NCBI RefSeq assembly: GCF_963921235.1
Contig: NC_086124.1
Span: forward strand, 18,786,001 to 18,850,000
Length of the DNA stretch: 64,000 nucleotides
Direction: 5' to 3'
From: Mobula hypostoma
Taxonomy: Eukaryota
Shown here: one piece after another, positions 26,541 through 38,456 of the stretch
Position numbering within the stretch: position 1 is the stretch's first letter
Layout of the letters: every line of letters starts with the position of its first letter
The notes under the pieces: model-generated
Told to the model about the DNA's origin: nothing
Seen by the model: only the letters and a program-made list of their open reading frames with translations
Databases searched by the model: none
Made by a program: the position numbers and the translations under genes

Positions 26541-27964
26541 CCTCAGGCACTCAGCCCCCGGAATCTGCTCACTAGTTAGGGGAGTCTGGAGTGCCAGGGA
26601 TACCTGTCAGTGCCGGGCNNNNNNNNNNNNNNNNNNNNNNNNNNNNNNNNNNNNNNNNNNNNNNNNNNNNNNNNNNNNNNNNNNNNNNNNNNNNNNNNNN
26701 NNNNNNNNNNNNNNNNNNNNNNNNNNNNNNNNNNNNNNNNNNNNNNTATCTGCCTCTGTGTGAAACTACTTCTGTGTGTGTATATCAAACCGTGTGACTA
26801 TGTTTATCCATCTGTGTGTGATTGTGCATGTTTATATGAATGCGACTATGTATGCGTGTGCCTGCGTGAGAGACTATCTCTGTGTGCTTGCTCCCCCATA
26901 GAGGAGTCTGAAACTCGAGGGCTAAGGTCTAAGATGGGAGCGAAAAGATTTAAATGGGACGCGTATATGGAGACATAAAATCATAAGATATAGGAGCAGA
27001 AATAGGCCACTTGGCCCATCGAGTCACTCTGCCATTTCATCATGGCTGATCCATTTTCCTTCTCAGCCGCTGTCTCCTGCTTTCTCCATGTATCCCTTCA
27101 TGCCCTGCCTAATCAAGAATCTATCAACCTCAACCTTAAACATATCCAATGACTTGGGAGCCGTCTGTGGAAACGAATTCCACAGACTCACTGCACTCTG
27201 GCCAACGAAGTTCCTCCACATCTCCGTTCTAAATGGACGCCCCTTGATTCTACCACCGTGTCCTCCTGTCTTCGACTTCCCCACCATAGGAAACATCCTC
27301 TCCTCATCCACTGAATCGAGACATATGTGTACTTCAATAATAACATTACTTTGAACCTGAGGGGCAACTTTCCCACATGGAGGGCAGTAGAGGTGTGGAA
27401 GGAACTGCCCCAGGAAGTAATAGAGGTGGGTGCAGTTACGTTTAAAAAACACCTGGACAGGAAGATGGATTGGAAAAGTTTGGAGGGGAAATGGCCTAAC
27501 GTGGGCAAATGGGACTAGCATTGATATGCATTCGGTCAGAATGGAACAGTTGGGCCGAAAGGCCTGTTATGTGATGTATGCCCCGCACAAACCCCACCCC
27601 AACTTCATTCTATCATCTCCCACAAGGGGAAGCATCCTCTCTACATCCACGGCGCAGTCTGTGGGTGTTACAAGGACTGGCGCAGTTAGAATCAAACAGC
27701 ACGGAATGGACTAATTTTGTTGTTTTGTCTTACGGTCCTGTAAGACAACAAATTTCATCACATATGTCAACGACAGTAAACCTGGCTCTGATTCCGAGAA
27801 TCCTCTCCAGTAACTTAACTATCACAGACGGCAGACTTACTGGACTACAATTCCCAGGCTTGTCTTTGCCCCCTTTCTCAAATTAAGACGCTACATTCAC
27901 CACCCTTTGTCTACAAATCATCCGTGGCTAACGACGCTGCAAATACCTCTGCCCCCCCCAACAG

Positions 27965-27996
<32 letters not shown>

Positions 27997-28633
27997 TTCT
28001 GGCTTTCTATGGTGTCCTTAGACCATTAGATCCTAAGAGATCCTAAGACATGGGAGCAGAATTTGGCCATTAGGCACATCGAGTCTGCACTGCCATTCTA
28101 TCGTGGCTGATTTATTACCCGTCTCAAACCCATTTTCCTGCCTTCTCCCCGTGATCGTCGATGCCCTTACTAATCAAGAATCTATCAACCTCACTTTTAA
28201 ATATACCCAATGACTTGACCTCCGCAGCTGTCTGTGACAATGAATTCCACCGATTTACCACTCTCCAGCTAACGAAATTCTTCCTCATCTTTGTTCTAAA
28301 GGAACATACTTATATTATCAGACTGCGCCCTTTTGTCCCAGACTCCACCACTAGGAATAATCCTCTCCACATCCACTCTCTCTCTAGAGTTTTCAATATT
28401 CGATAGGTTTCAATGAGATCCCCCCAGCCATTCTTGTAACCTCCAGCGTGTACACCCCCAGGAACCCACACGTTAAACCCTGTATTTCCCAGATCAAGTC
28501 TCCTCAAACTCCTGGAAAAATATACTGTTCCTGCACGCTTCCACCGGCATGGATCCTCCTTACTGTATGCTTTAAAACAATCCATTTCCCACTGGTTGCA
28601 TGATGCACCCTCTAAATTTCTGAGAGTTAACAA

Positions 28634-29145
28634 TGCAACACACGCAAAATGCAGGAGGACTTCAGCAAGTCAGGCAGCTTTTATGAAGACGAATAAACAG
28701 TGGACGTTTCAGACAGATGCCCTTCTTCAGGAGTGCAAAGGAAGGGGAAAGACGTAAAAAAAAAGTGGGGAGGGGAATGAGAATAGCTAGAAGGTGATAG
28801 GTGAAGCCAGGATGGAGAGGAAGACATCTGATAGAAGAGGAGAATGGGCCATATGAGAAAGGAAATGAGGAAAGAACTAAGGGGTGGGGGGTGATCGGCA
28901 GGTGAGGCGAGATAAGAGACCGGAATGGGGAACAGAAGGAGAGGAGAGGGTTAGGGAACTTTTTTTTTACCGGAAAGAGATATTCATGCCTCCATGTTGG
29001 AGGCTGCCCAGACGTTTCTCCTCCACCCTGATGGTAGTCTCATCGTGGTACAAGACGAGACCATGGACCATCATGTAGGAATGGGAATTGGAATCAAAAT
29101 ATTTGGCCACCGGAAAATTCCGCTTTTGGCAGGTGGAGCGGAGGT
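28634..29145 (-). mobile_element. Older Penelope-like 3' fragment
   Basis: ORF 28967-29158 reads HLRS...FPVAKYF...RVEEKRLGSLQHGGMNI. Hammerhead core CUGAAGA...GAAACGUC at 28703-28730 with broken stem I. Ends approximate. Confidence 0.7.
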
Positions 29146-29410
29146 GCCCATTTTCCATGAGCAGATGGAGAACGGGGTCACGGTGGGGTTAAAGGGAGCA
29201 GAAAACCAAGCCCCAGTGGGATTAAAATAAGCCAGAAACGTGGTCCCGGTGGGTTTAAATGTAGCGGGGAACAGAGTTTCAATAAGTCTTCAAAAGGCGA
29301 TGCTTCAAAAAAGGCGGCATCCGCCATTTAAAAACCCCATCATGCGGGACTTGACCTCTTCTCATTGCTACCATCAAGGAGGAGGTACAAGAGCCTGAAG
29401 AACCATACAT

Positions 29411-29576
29411 CTCTTCCTAGCTCTTCTTTCAGTTAGTCCTGACGAAGGGTCTCGGCCGGAAACGTCGACTGAACCTCTTCCTAGAGATACTGCCTGGCCT
29501 GCTGCTTTCACCAGCAACTTTGGTGTGTGTTGCTTGAATTTCCAGCATCTGCAGAATTCCTCGTGTTTGCGTTTTT
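29411..29576 (+). mobile_element. Penelope-derived short insertion with hammerhead (stem II mismatch)
   Basis: Same family as the 30.6k and 31.2k copies. Flanked by AACCA(T/C)ACAT at 29401-29410 and 29577-29586; interrupts a Rex/L2-like 3' end. Confidence 0.75.
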
Positions 29577-30542
29577 AACCACACATTCAATGTTTTAGGA
29601 AAAGCTTCTTCAGCATCGCCATTCTGAATGGGCAATGAACCCATGAATACTTCCTCGATATGCTTTTTCTCCTATTTTTGCTCTTTTTTTGCACTACTCG
29701 TTTAATTTATTTTTAATATATTTCTTATTGTAATTTAATGTTTTTTTAATGTATTGTGATGTATTTCTGCCGCAAAACAGCACATTTCACGGCACATGCC
29801 TGTGATATTAAAAGTGGTTCTGGGTTTAAAGGGAGCGGGAGACGGGATACAGGTGGGTATAAAGGGAGAGGAAAATGGGAACCCGGTGAGTGTAAAGGGA
29901 ACGGGAAATAGGGTCCTGGTGGTGAAGCACGGGGAAGATCACCATCCCGAGACGGGAATTTCAAAGAATGAAGCAGCAGGTAACCCGATCTTTGTCAAGT
30001 TTCCCTGCTCCCCTCCCCCACTCACTCACTGCCTCCCTTGCCTTGGGTTCGAATTGTTTCACACCCGAGGCGGCAGCTGAATCGGTATAAATAAACGCCT
30101 TCCTAAAAAGGCAACGCGGCTTCTTTCCGTCGCATTCCGCAGCCGGGACCGGAGGTGACAGAGAATGAGTTTGACGACGCTGTTATCATAGTGTCCTGAG
30201 TTGGCAAGGACAGCGGGACTCAGACTGGTGACACCCGCGATAAGATTGTGACCAGTGACTTGATACAGCCCAGAGAGAGAGAAGAGGTGGGGGAAGGGGA
30301 AGGGGTGATAGGTCATTTCGGAAACCCGGAGAGGGGAGAGGGGAGGGTGACGTGATGCACTTTAGTCCGGAGGATAAAGTTCTGGAATATTTTCTTAAAT
30401 GGGGAGAAAACTTCGAAATCGGAGTTGCAAGGGGAATTGGAAGTCCTAGTTAGATCACAAAGTACAGCACAGGAACACGCCTGCAGTGTTGGGCTGCACG
30501 AAGTAATTAAACTGACCCCTTCTGCCAACACAATGTCCATAT

Positions 30543-30669
30543 ACGAGGAAATCTGCAGATGCTGGAATTTCAAGCAACACACATGAAAGTTGCTGGTGAA
30601 CGCAGCAGGCCAGGCAGCATCTCTAGGAAGAGGTACAGTCGACGTTTCGGGCCGAGACCCTTCGTCAGG
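30543..30669 (-). mobile_element. 127-bp Penelope-derived insertion consisting of the hammerhead plus 3' terminus
   Basis: 13-bp direct repeats ACAATGTCCATAT at 30530-30542 and 30670-30682. Confidence 0.8.
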
Positions 30670-30671
30670 AC
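30636..30671 (-). ncRNA. Minimal hammerhead ribozyme of a Penelope-like element, core intact, 5' arm of stem I shortened
   Basis: GUC-CUGACGA-AGGGUCUCGGCCC-GAAAC-GUC-GACUG. Confidence 0.65.
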
Positions 30672-31133
30672 AATGTCCATATCCCTCGATTCCCTACGCA
30701 TCAATGTGCCTTTCCAAGAGGACCATGACGTTCGCTTCTACCACCACTCGTGGGAGCGCAGGAGAGTGCATTCCAGGCACTCGCCGCTCTCTCCTTTGAA
30801 CTTGCCCCCTTTCTCGCCTTAAAGGCAAACGCTCGAAATATTAGACATTTCGATCATGGGGAAAAGAAAGGTAACATCGGTCTACTCTATCTATGTCTTT
30901 CACAATCTTACACACTTCTATCGAGGCTCCCCTCATCTCCGCCAGAGAAAAGAACTGTAGTTTGTCCAGCCTTTCAGAATCAGAATCAGTTTTAATATCA
31001 CTGACATACATCGTGAAATGTGTGTCCTGCGGCAGCACGCTCTCGAATCCAGGTCGACGTCTTCTGAGCCCTCTCCAAATCCATCACATCCCTCCTGTAA
31101 TGGGGCAACCGGAACTGAACGCAATATTCCAGA

Positions 31134-31311
31134 CACGAGGAATTCTGCAGATGCTGGAATTTCAAGCAACACACATCAGAGTTGCTGGTGAACGCGGCAG
31201 GCCGGGCAGCATCTGTAGGAAGAGGTGCAGTCGACGTTTCGGGCCGAGACCCTTCGTCAGGACTAACTGCTACCTGGCCTGCTGCGTTCACCAGCGACTC
31301 TTATGTGTGTT
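31134..31311 (-). mobile_element. Penelope-derived insertion with a partial inverted copy, inserted into a CR1 relic
   Basis: 13-bp direct repeats GCAATATTCCAGA at 31121-31133 and 31312-31324. Segment 31268-31313 is an inverted copy of about 31165-31211. Confidence 0.8.
31228..31266 (-). ncRNA. Minimal type I hammerhead ribozyme of a Penelope-like element, intact
   Basis: UUAGUC-CUGACGA-AGGGUCUCGGCCC-GAAAC-GUC-GACUG: conserved core, stem I UAGUC/GACUG, stem II GGGU/GCCC, palindromic ACGU stem III. Confidence 0.75.
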
Positions 31312-32085
31312 GCAATATTCCAGATGCCGCCAAACCAGAATTTTATAAAGTTCTAACATAACTTCGCGACTCTTGAACTCAGTGCGTCGACTAATGCAGC
31401 ACCTTTACACCTCGTCAAACTGCAAAAACTTTCAGGGAGAGTTAGACTTGGACCCCAAACCCTCTGAACTTAAACACCATTGAGGATTTTGCCTTTAACG
31501 CTGTATTGTCCCGTTACATTTGATCTCCCAAAGTGCAAAATTTCAACTCGGTCAAGTTAAACTCCATCAGCTTTTCTCCGCCCATATCTGCAACTGATCT
31601 ATATCCTGCATTGCCTGCAAGCGTAACAATCCACCCCTCTACATTCTCATCCAAGTCCCAGCACAGATCCCCAAATCAACTTGCAAAGGTTAACTTGCAG
31701 TTTGGGTCAGTCGTAAGAAAGTCAGATGCCATTTTAGCATGCATTTCGAGTTTAGGCTGCATTTAGAATATTGTGAGCAATTTTGGGCCTCGTATTTAAG
31801 GAAAAGCGTGCTTGCATTGGAGAGGATTCAGAGGAATTTCAGGAGAAAGAAAGCGTCCGAATCAGTCAGACCGCATTCAGTGTGGCGGCCCCTTCGCGTC
31901 GAGACCGGGTGAGGGAAAGAGGATGCTGAGACACAAATAGAACTCCGCTGCTACATGCGTCACATTCTGAACATGTGTTTGTGTCCCTATCTCTAACTCT
32001 CTCTTTTTCTCTCTCTCTCCCTTCCCCGTCTTTCTCATTCTCCCCCCCTCCGCCACCCCGCTGTCTCTCTCTCTCACTCTCTCCA

Positions 32086-32119
<34 letters not shown>

Positions 32120-32566
32120 GTTTCTCCCTCTCCCGTTCTCTCTCTTTCCCTCTCTTCTCGGTTCAGTTCCTCAATCTCTCTCTACACGTCTCTCTATCTC
32201 AGTCTCTTTCTATCTTTCTTTCTCTCTCACACTCTCTCTCTCTGACTATCTCTTTCCCTCCCAACTCCCCTGTTTCTTTCCCTTCCTTTTTTCTGTCTCT
32301 CTCCCTCCCTATCTCCGCTAACCTCTCACCCTCACGTTTTAACTGCCTCTCACACCTCTCTCTGTCTGACTACTTCTCTCTCCCTCTCTCACCAACCCCC
32401 CCCCCCCCCCCATAAATCAGACTCCCACTCTCAGCCCTTCAGTCGAGTGTCAGAGTTGCTGAAAAATATTGGCGTCGCAGCCGAGAACGTTGGATCTCCT
32501 GCCGGGGTCGGGGTCGGTGGTGTTGGGGGAGCGCGGTGTGGAGGGTTGACGGCGGGCAGCCGTTAC

Positions 32567-32653
32567 CTGGAGGAGTCCGGCATAGCCCGGTGCAGTCTGC
32601 GGGAAGACGGGCGCGCTGCACCTGTGCAGGACCATGGGCGCCGAGGGCAGCAT
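32567..32653 (-). CDS. rbfox1l: RBFOX-family (rbfox1l-like) first coding exon (MLPSAPMVLHRCSAPVFPQTAPGYAGLLQ)
   Basis: 87 nt, GCCATG start, CAG|GTAACG donor in phase 0, CpG-rich. Resembles the recalled muscle-type RBFOX1 N-terminal exon (MLASQGVLLHPYG...YLPGLIQ) and the recalled zebrafish rbfox1l start. Confidence 0.8.
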
Positions 32654-32906
32654 GGCATCTCGTCAGCGGCTGACTGCTGACGGGAGAGACGCAGGCGGAG
32701 CGGGAGGTGGGAGGTGGGGGTGGGGTGGGTGTAGGGGAGGGTGAGAAAAGGGGANNNNNNNNNNNNNNNNNNNNNNNNNNNNNNNNNNNNNNNNNNNNNN
32801 NNNNNNNNNNNNNNNNNNNNNNNNNNNNNNNNNNNNNNNNNNNNNNNNNNNNNNNNNNNNNNNNNNNNNNNNNNNNNNNNNNNNNNNNNNNNNNNNNNNN
32901 NNNNNN

Positions 32907-33690
32907 GAGAGAAGGGGTGAAAGGGAGAAGGGAGAGAGAGAACCTGGAGAAAGGCGAGGGAAAGAGGGGAGAGAGGGGGAGAAAAAGTAGGGAGGCAGAA
33001 AGGAGAGGGTGAAATCAGAGGGAGATAGAGGAGGGAGAAAGAGGAGGGAGAGAGGGGAAGGGGGTGGAGGGAGAGGGGCAGGGAGACAGAGAAGGGAGAG
33101 GTGGAGGGAGAGGGGGAGAAAGAGGGGTGTGGAGGGGGAGGGAGAGCGGGGTAAGAGGATGCAGTGTAAAAGGGGAAACGAAGATTGTGAGTGAGGGTAG
33201 ATGGAGGGACAGAAAAGGAGAGATGGTGGAAAAAGAGGGGGAGGGAGAGTAGTAGAGGATGAAAGAGGATGGGGGAGGAAGAAGAGAAGAGAGCAGGGAG
33301 AAGTGGGGACAGGGATTGGAGAGGAATCGGGAGGAAAGGAGAGTGAGGGAGGAGAGAAAAAGAAAAGAAGAGGAGAAGGAAGAACGAAGTGGAGAGAAAG
33401 AGTGGAGGGGATTGGAACAGTGAGGGAGACAAGAGGGGCAGGTAGTGGAGGGAGGGAGAGGGGGTGCCAGAGAAAGGTGACAGAGGGGATCAGAGGAAGG
33501 AGAGAGATAAAAGTAAGAGGAAAGGGGGTAGGGAGATAATGAGAAAGGAAGTGTCAACAAAAAATGGAGGGAGATTGGATGAGGGGAGAGAGTGAGAGAG
33601 AATGTAGGGGAAGAGGGAGGTGGGGAGAGAGAGTGAGAGGAGAAGGTAGACAACCAGAAGGAGGAGAAATTAGAAGGACCCAGAGAAGTG
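32907..33690. repeat. GA-rich polypurine tract upstream of rbfox1l exon 1 (similar tracts at 34380-34830, 31990-32410, 12545-12835, 4500-4780)
   Basis: Directly visible low complexity. Confidence 0.85.
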
Positions 33691-34915
33691 AGGCATGAAA
33701 GGCCTTGATACAGTGGATGTGGATAGGATGTTTCCCATGGCATGGTTGTCTAAGACCAGTAGACACGGCCTCAGAATAGAGGGACGTCCATTTAGAATGG
33801 AGATGAGAAGGAATTTCTTTAGCCAGAGAGTGGTGTATCTGTGGAATTCATTGCCACAGATAGCAGTGGAAGCCAAGTAATTGGGTATATTTAAGACAAA
33901 AGTTGATAGATTCTTCATTAGTCAGGGTATGAGGGGGTACAGGTAGAAGGCAGGAGATTGGGGATGAGAGGGAATGGATCAGCCATGATGAAATGGCGGA
34001 GTAGACTCGATGGACCAAAAAGCCCAATACTGCTGCTATATCTTATGGAAAGAGGGGAAGGGATGAGGAAGGTCAGGAGTAACACAGAGAGGGGAATATG
34101 AGAGAATGTAAGAGAGAGCAGAGAAAGAGGAGTATAAGAGAGAGGGGGAATATCAGAGAAAGTTTTGTGTGTGTGTGTGTGTGTGTGTAGCAGAGTCCGA
34201 TCCTGCAGCCGCATATGGTCCGTAGCGCAAACAATCACGGGAGTTTGGGAAGAGGGTGGAGGAGGGGTGAGCAATGGTGAGCAGGACTAAAGCGCGCAGG
34301 AGGCAGGCTCCCAGACACCTGTCCCCTGTCTATCAGCTCACCACGGTAGGTGTCAGGCATCTGTGACAGAGTGGGGTGGGGCGGGGAGTAGGTCTGAAGG
34401 ACGGAAGGAAGGGAAAGAAGGAGGGATGGGGAGAGGGAGAAGAGGGCAGAGGTAGGAGAGAGGAAGAGAGCAGGAGGAGAGAGAGGGAAAGTGTGAGGAG
34501 GGCCTAGGGAGGGGGGAATGATGGGGAGGTAGAAAGGGGGAAGGGAGAGTGGAAGAGAGGGAGAAGGGGACAAGAGGGAAAGAGAGGGTAAAAAATATGG
34601 GTAGAGGATTAACAAAAAGGAGATTGAAGATAACAGAGGAGATGGAAGGGAGAGAGCAGGTGTGGAGGGCAAAGGGGAGAGAGAGGCACAGAAGAAGGAT
34701 GTGAGAGAGGATGAAGGGGGAAGGTAGAGAAGAGAGAAGGAACAAGGAACAGGAAGGAGATTAAGAGGAGAGAGGGAACATGGCAAAAGGAAGATGTGGA
34801 GAGAAGGGCAGAGAAAAACAGTGAGATAAAAAGTGTGAAAGAATGGTGCTGATGAAGGGTCTCAACCTGAAATGTTGACTGTTTATTCATTTCCATAGAT
34901 GCTGCCTGGCTCCAG

Positions 34916-34953
<38 letters not shown>

Positions 34954-35725
34954 CTGGAACTCCAGCATCTGCAGAATCTCATTTGTTTAAGAGAGAGAGG
35001 AAAGATAGGGAAAGTGAGAACACGGGTGGGGGACAGAGATAGAGATAGGGAGAAAGTAGAGGGAGAAAAGGGTCTCCCTCCCTCCCTCCCTCCCGCCTAA
35101 CTACATGAGTTCCTCCAGCATTTTGTGTGTATTACTCCAGATTTTTAGCATCTGCAGAATTTCGCGAGAGAGAGAGAGAGGGGGGGAGGATTTAACCTTT
35201 TACTTTTTACTTTGTTCGTTTTTTTGGCACTTTTTCCTTCATGTAACAGGATGGTGAAAAACAAACCGAATATGCCAGCTGCAGCCTGTCCAACAGAAGA
35301 CCGTAACAACCTGAGACATTATCATAGTATATCCTCTCAAATTCTATATTCAGTACCATGACTAATGAAGACCAGCATGCCAAAAGGCTTTTGCCCTGCC
35401 CAGTTTATCTGTAGCTCCACTGTAAGAGAATTACGCACCTGTACTCCCAGGCCCCTTTGCCTACAATAGGAACCGAGGCCCTTCGATTCCATGTAAGTAT
35501 CCTACCATGATTTACAGTTCCAAACTGTATCACTTTGCAACTACCTGAATTAAATTGATTCTACTATGGTTATTATTCTATGATAATTTAGTATACCCAC
35601 TAGAAAATGAATCTCAGGGCTGCATATGGTGATTATGTATGTACTTTGATAATAAATTTACTTTGAACTCTGTACTTTAAATCACACTTGCCACTTCTCA
35701 GTCCATTGATCCAGCCGATCAATAT

Positions 35726-36332
35726 CACTGGACTGCGAATTTTTTCAAAAGTGCTGCTTGCTCATTAATTCTTTTTGTTTATGATGGATCACTTGATGCT
35801 GAACACAAGTATAATTGCAGACTACTTGAATCCCATAGGAATTTTGAGAAACAAGAAATTAAATTTTATTGAATATAATCCATTTAATCGCATAATGGTG
35901 CTGATGCTTTGCAATAGTTCAACTAAGCTAAAAATGTTCTGTGATGATTTTCATTTGTACTCAGTGTCTGAGGCTTTTTGCTTAAGTGCCCAACAACAAT
36001 CCGCCAGCACTGATGGGTTCTGGTTGCCCTGATACCATTTCTCCATGACCGCAATGTCCTGGTGAAACCTTTCACCATGCTCATCACTGTCAGTGCCAAG
36101 GTTTGCAGGGAAGAAGTCAAAATGGAAAGCAGGAAATGAATTTTTAGTGACATGTTGTACTTCATGATTTCAGCTTACATTATGTGAAGCATTTTCATTG
36201 ACTTATGAATTGAAATAACAAATATAGGTGATTTCAAAGAAGTGGTGTGTGATAGGAAAAGTTCATGATCAGCAGCCCAAAATCCATGATACACCAAAGG
36301 TATTCAGGAAACAAAATCTTTGTTGTCCAGTG
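35726..36332 (-). mobile_element. Non-autonomous Chapaev3-like (CMC superfamily) DNA transposon with transposase C-terminal remnant
   Basis: TIRs CACTGGAC...GTCCAGTG with TAT on both flanks. Frameshifted MSLKIHFL...DFFPANLGTDSDEHGERFHQDIAVMEKWYQG. Family assignment is from a recalled motif. Confidence 0.7.
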
Positions 36333-36396
36333 TATTCCAGTGCTATTCTTTATTCTCCCCTTCACTCTCTATGATGGTTTCATCTTTATGTGTATT

Positions 36397-37468
36397 TAGA
36401 AACTATAGAAACCATAGAAAAACTACAGCACAGAAACAGGCCTTTTGGCCCTTCTTGGCTGTGCCAAACCATTTTCTGCCTAGTCCCACTGACCTGCACA
36501 CAGACCATATCCCTCCATACACCTCCCATCCATGTATCTGTCCGATTTATTCTTAAATGTTAAAAAAGAACCCGCATTTACCACCTCGTCTGGCAGCTCA
36601 TTCCATACTCCCACCACTCTCTGTGTGAAGAAGCCCCCCCTAATGTTCCCTTTAAACTTTTCCCCCCTCACCCTTAACCCATGTCCTCTGGTTTTCTTCT
36701 CCCCTTGCCTCAGTGGAAAAAGACTGCTTGCATTCATTCTATCTATACCCATCATAATTTTATATACCTCTATCAAATCTCCCCTCATTCTTCTACGCTC
36801 CAGGGAATAAAATCCTAACCTATTCAACCTTTCTCTGTAACTGAGTTTCTCAAGTCCCGGCAACATCCTTGTAAACCTTCTCTGCACTCTTTCAACCTTA
36901 TTTATATCCTTCCTGTAATTTGGTGACCAAAACTGAACAAAATACTCCAGATTCGGCCTCACCAATGCCTTATACAACCTCATCATAACATTCCAGTTCT
37001 TATACTCAATACTTTGATTAATAAAGGCCAATGTACCAAAAGCTCTCTTTATGACCCTATCTACCTGTGACACCACTTTTAGGGAATTTTGTATCTGTAT
37101 TCCCAGATCCCTCTGTTCTACTGCACTCCTCAGTGCCTTACCATTAACCCTGTATGTTCTACCTTGGTTTGCCCTTCCAACGTGCAATACCTCACACTTA
37201 TCTGTATTAAACTCCATCTGCCATTTTTCAGCCCATTTTTCCAGCTGGTCCAAGTCCCTCTGCAGGCTCTGAAAACCTTCCTCACTGTCTACTACACCTC
37301 CAATCTTTGTATCATCAACAAATTTGCTGATCCAATTTACCACATTATCATCCAGATCATTGATATAGATGACAAATAACAATGGACCCAGCACTGATCC
37401 ATGTGGCACACCTCTAGTCACAGGCCTCCACTCGGAGAAGCAATTCTCTACCACCACTCTTTGGCTTC
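36397..37468 (-). mobile_element. Young 5'-truncated CR1 LINE with an uninterrupted 325-aa RT C-terminal frame
   Basis: ORF 36480-37457: [32 protein letters not shown]; short (TTCTAT)-type tail. Confidence 0.95.
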
Positions 37469-38456
37469 TTCCATTGATTTATTTATTGAGAAACAGCACA
37501 AGATGTGTCCTTTCACCCTTTGAGCTGTGCCAGCCAGCAATCCCAGTTTAAACTTAGCCTAATCATGGGACTAATTAACCTATCAACTGGTACATCTTTA
37601 AACTGTGCGAGGAAACTGGAGCAGCCAGAGGAAATCCGCGCATTCCACGGGAGAATGTACAAACTCCTTACAGGCAGCAGCGGGAATTGAACCCTGGTTG
37701 CTGGTTCTGCAAAGCGTTGTGCTAACTACATCGCTACCGTGCTGCCCAAGTAAGTCTGCAAACTTACCAACTCTTCCTTACCTGCTAATGTTTGTATATT
37801 CTCAGCCCTATCACGTTGCAGCTGTACAAAACTTTGTTTAGGCCACACTGCAAAAAGTAATGGAAATGGGCCAGTCTGTCATGGGTAAAGCCCTCCCCAG
37901 CATTGAGCATGAATCACTGTGCACCATCAGGGACCCCCACCTCCTAGGACATCTCAAATACACAACTCACTCACTCCTGGGATCTGATATTGTATATACA
38001 AATACTGAAATCCCTAGATTTGACTCCAGCTTGTAACCCAGTTCCAAGGATCTGTTATTCCCTCAAGTACTTGGACTAGATCCCAATCTGTATATCATGC
38101 ATGTGTTTGCTGTAATGGGTAAAAAGATGTAGCAGGGATTCTGAGGTGAGACTTCTTAATCCAGAGGGTAGGTGGAATCTGGAACACACTTGTATACCTG
38201 GCTGCATCACAGCCTGGTATGGAAACACCAATGCCTTTGAACTAAAAATCCTACAAAAAGTAGTGGATATGGCCCAGTCCATAATGGGTAAAGCCCTCCT
38301 CACCATTGACTATATCCATACAAAGCATTATCATAGGAAAGTAGCATCCATCATCAAGGACCCCCACCACCCAGGACATACTCTCTTTTCACTGCTGTCA
38401 TCAGGAAGGATGGTATAGGCACCTCAAGACTCACACCATTGAACTGAATTGACTTT

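Noticed and set aside
34845-34885. Additional hammerhead-like motifs (also near 1160-1190, 5670-5695, 6940-6975, 53655-53685)
   Set aside because: Core or stem positions are mutated; decayed Penelope termini, unlikely to be active.
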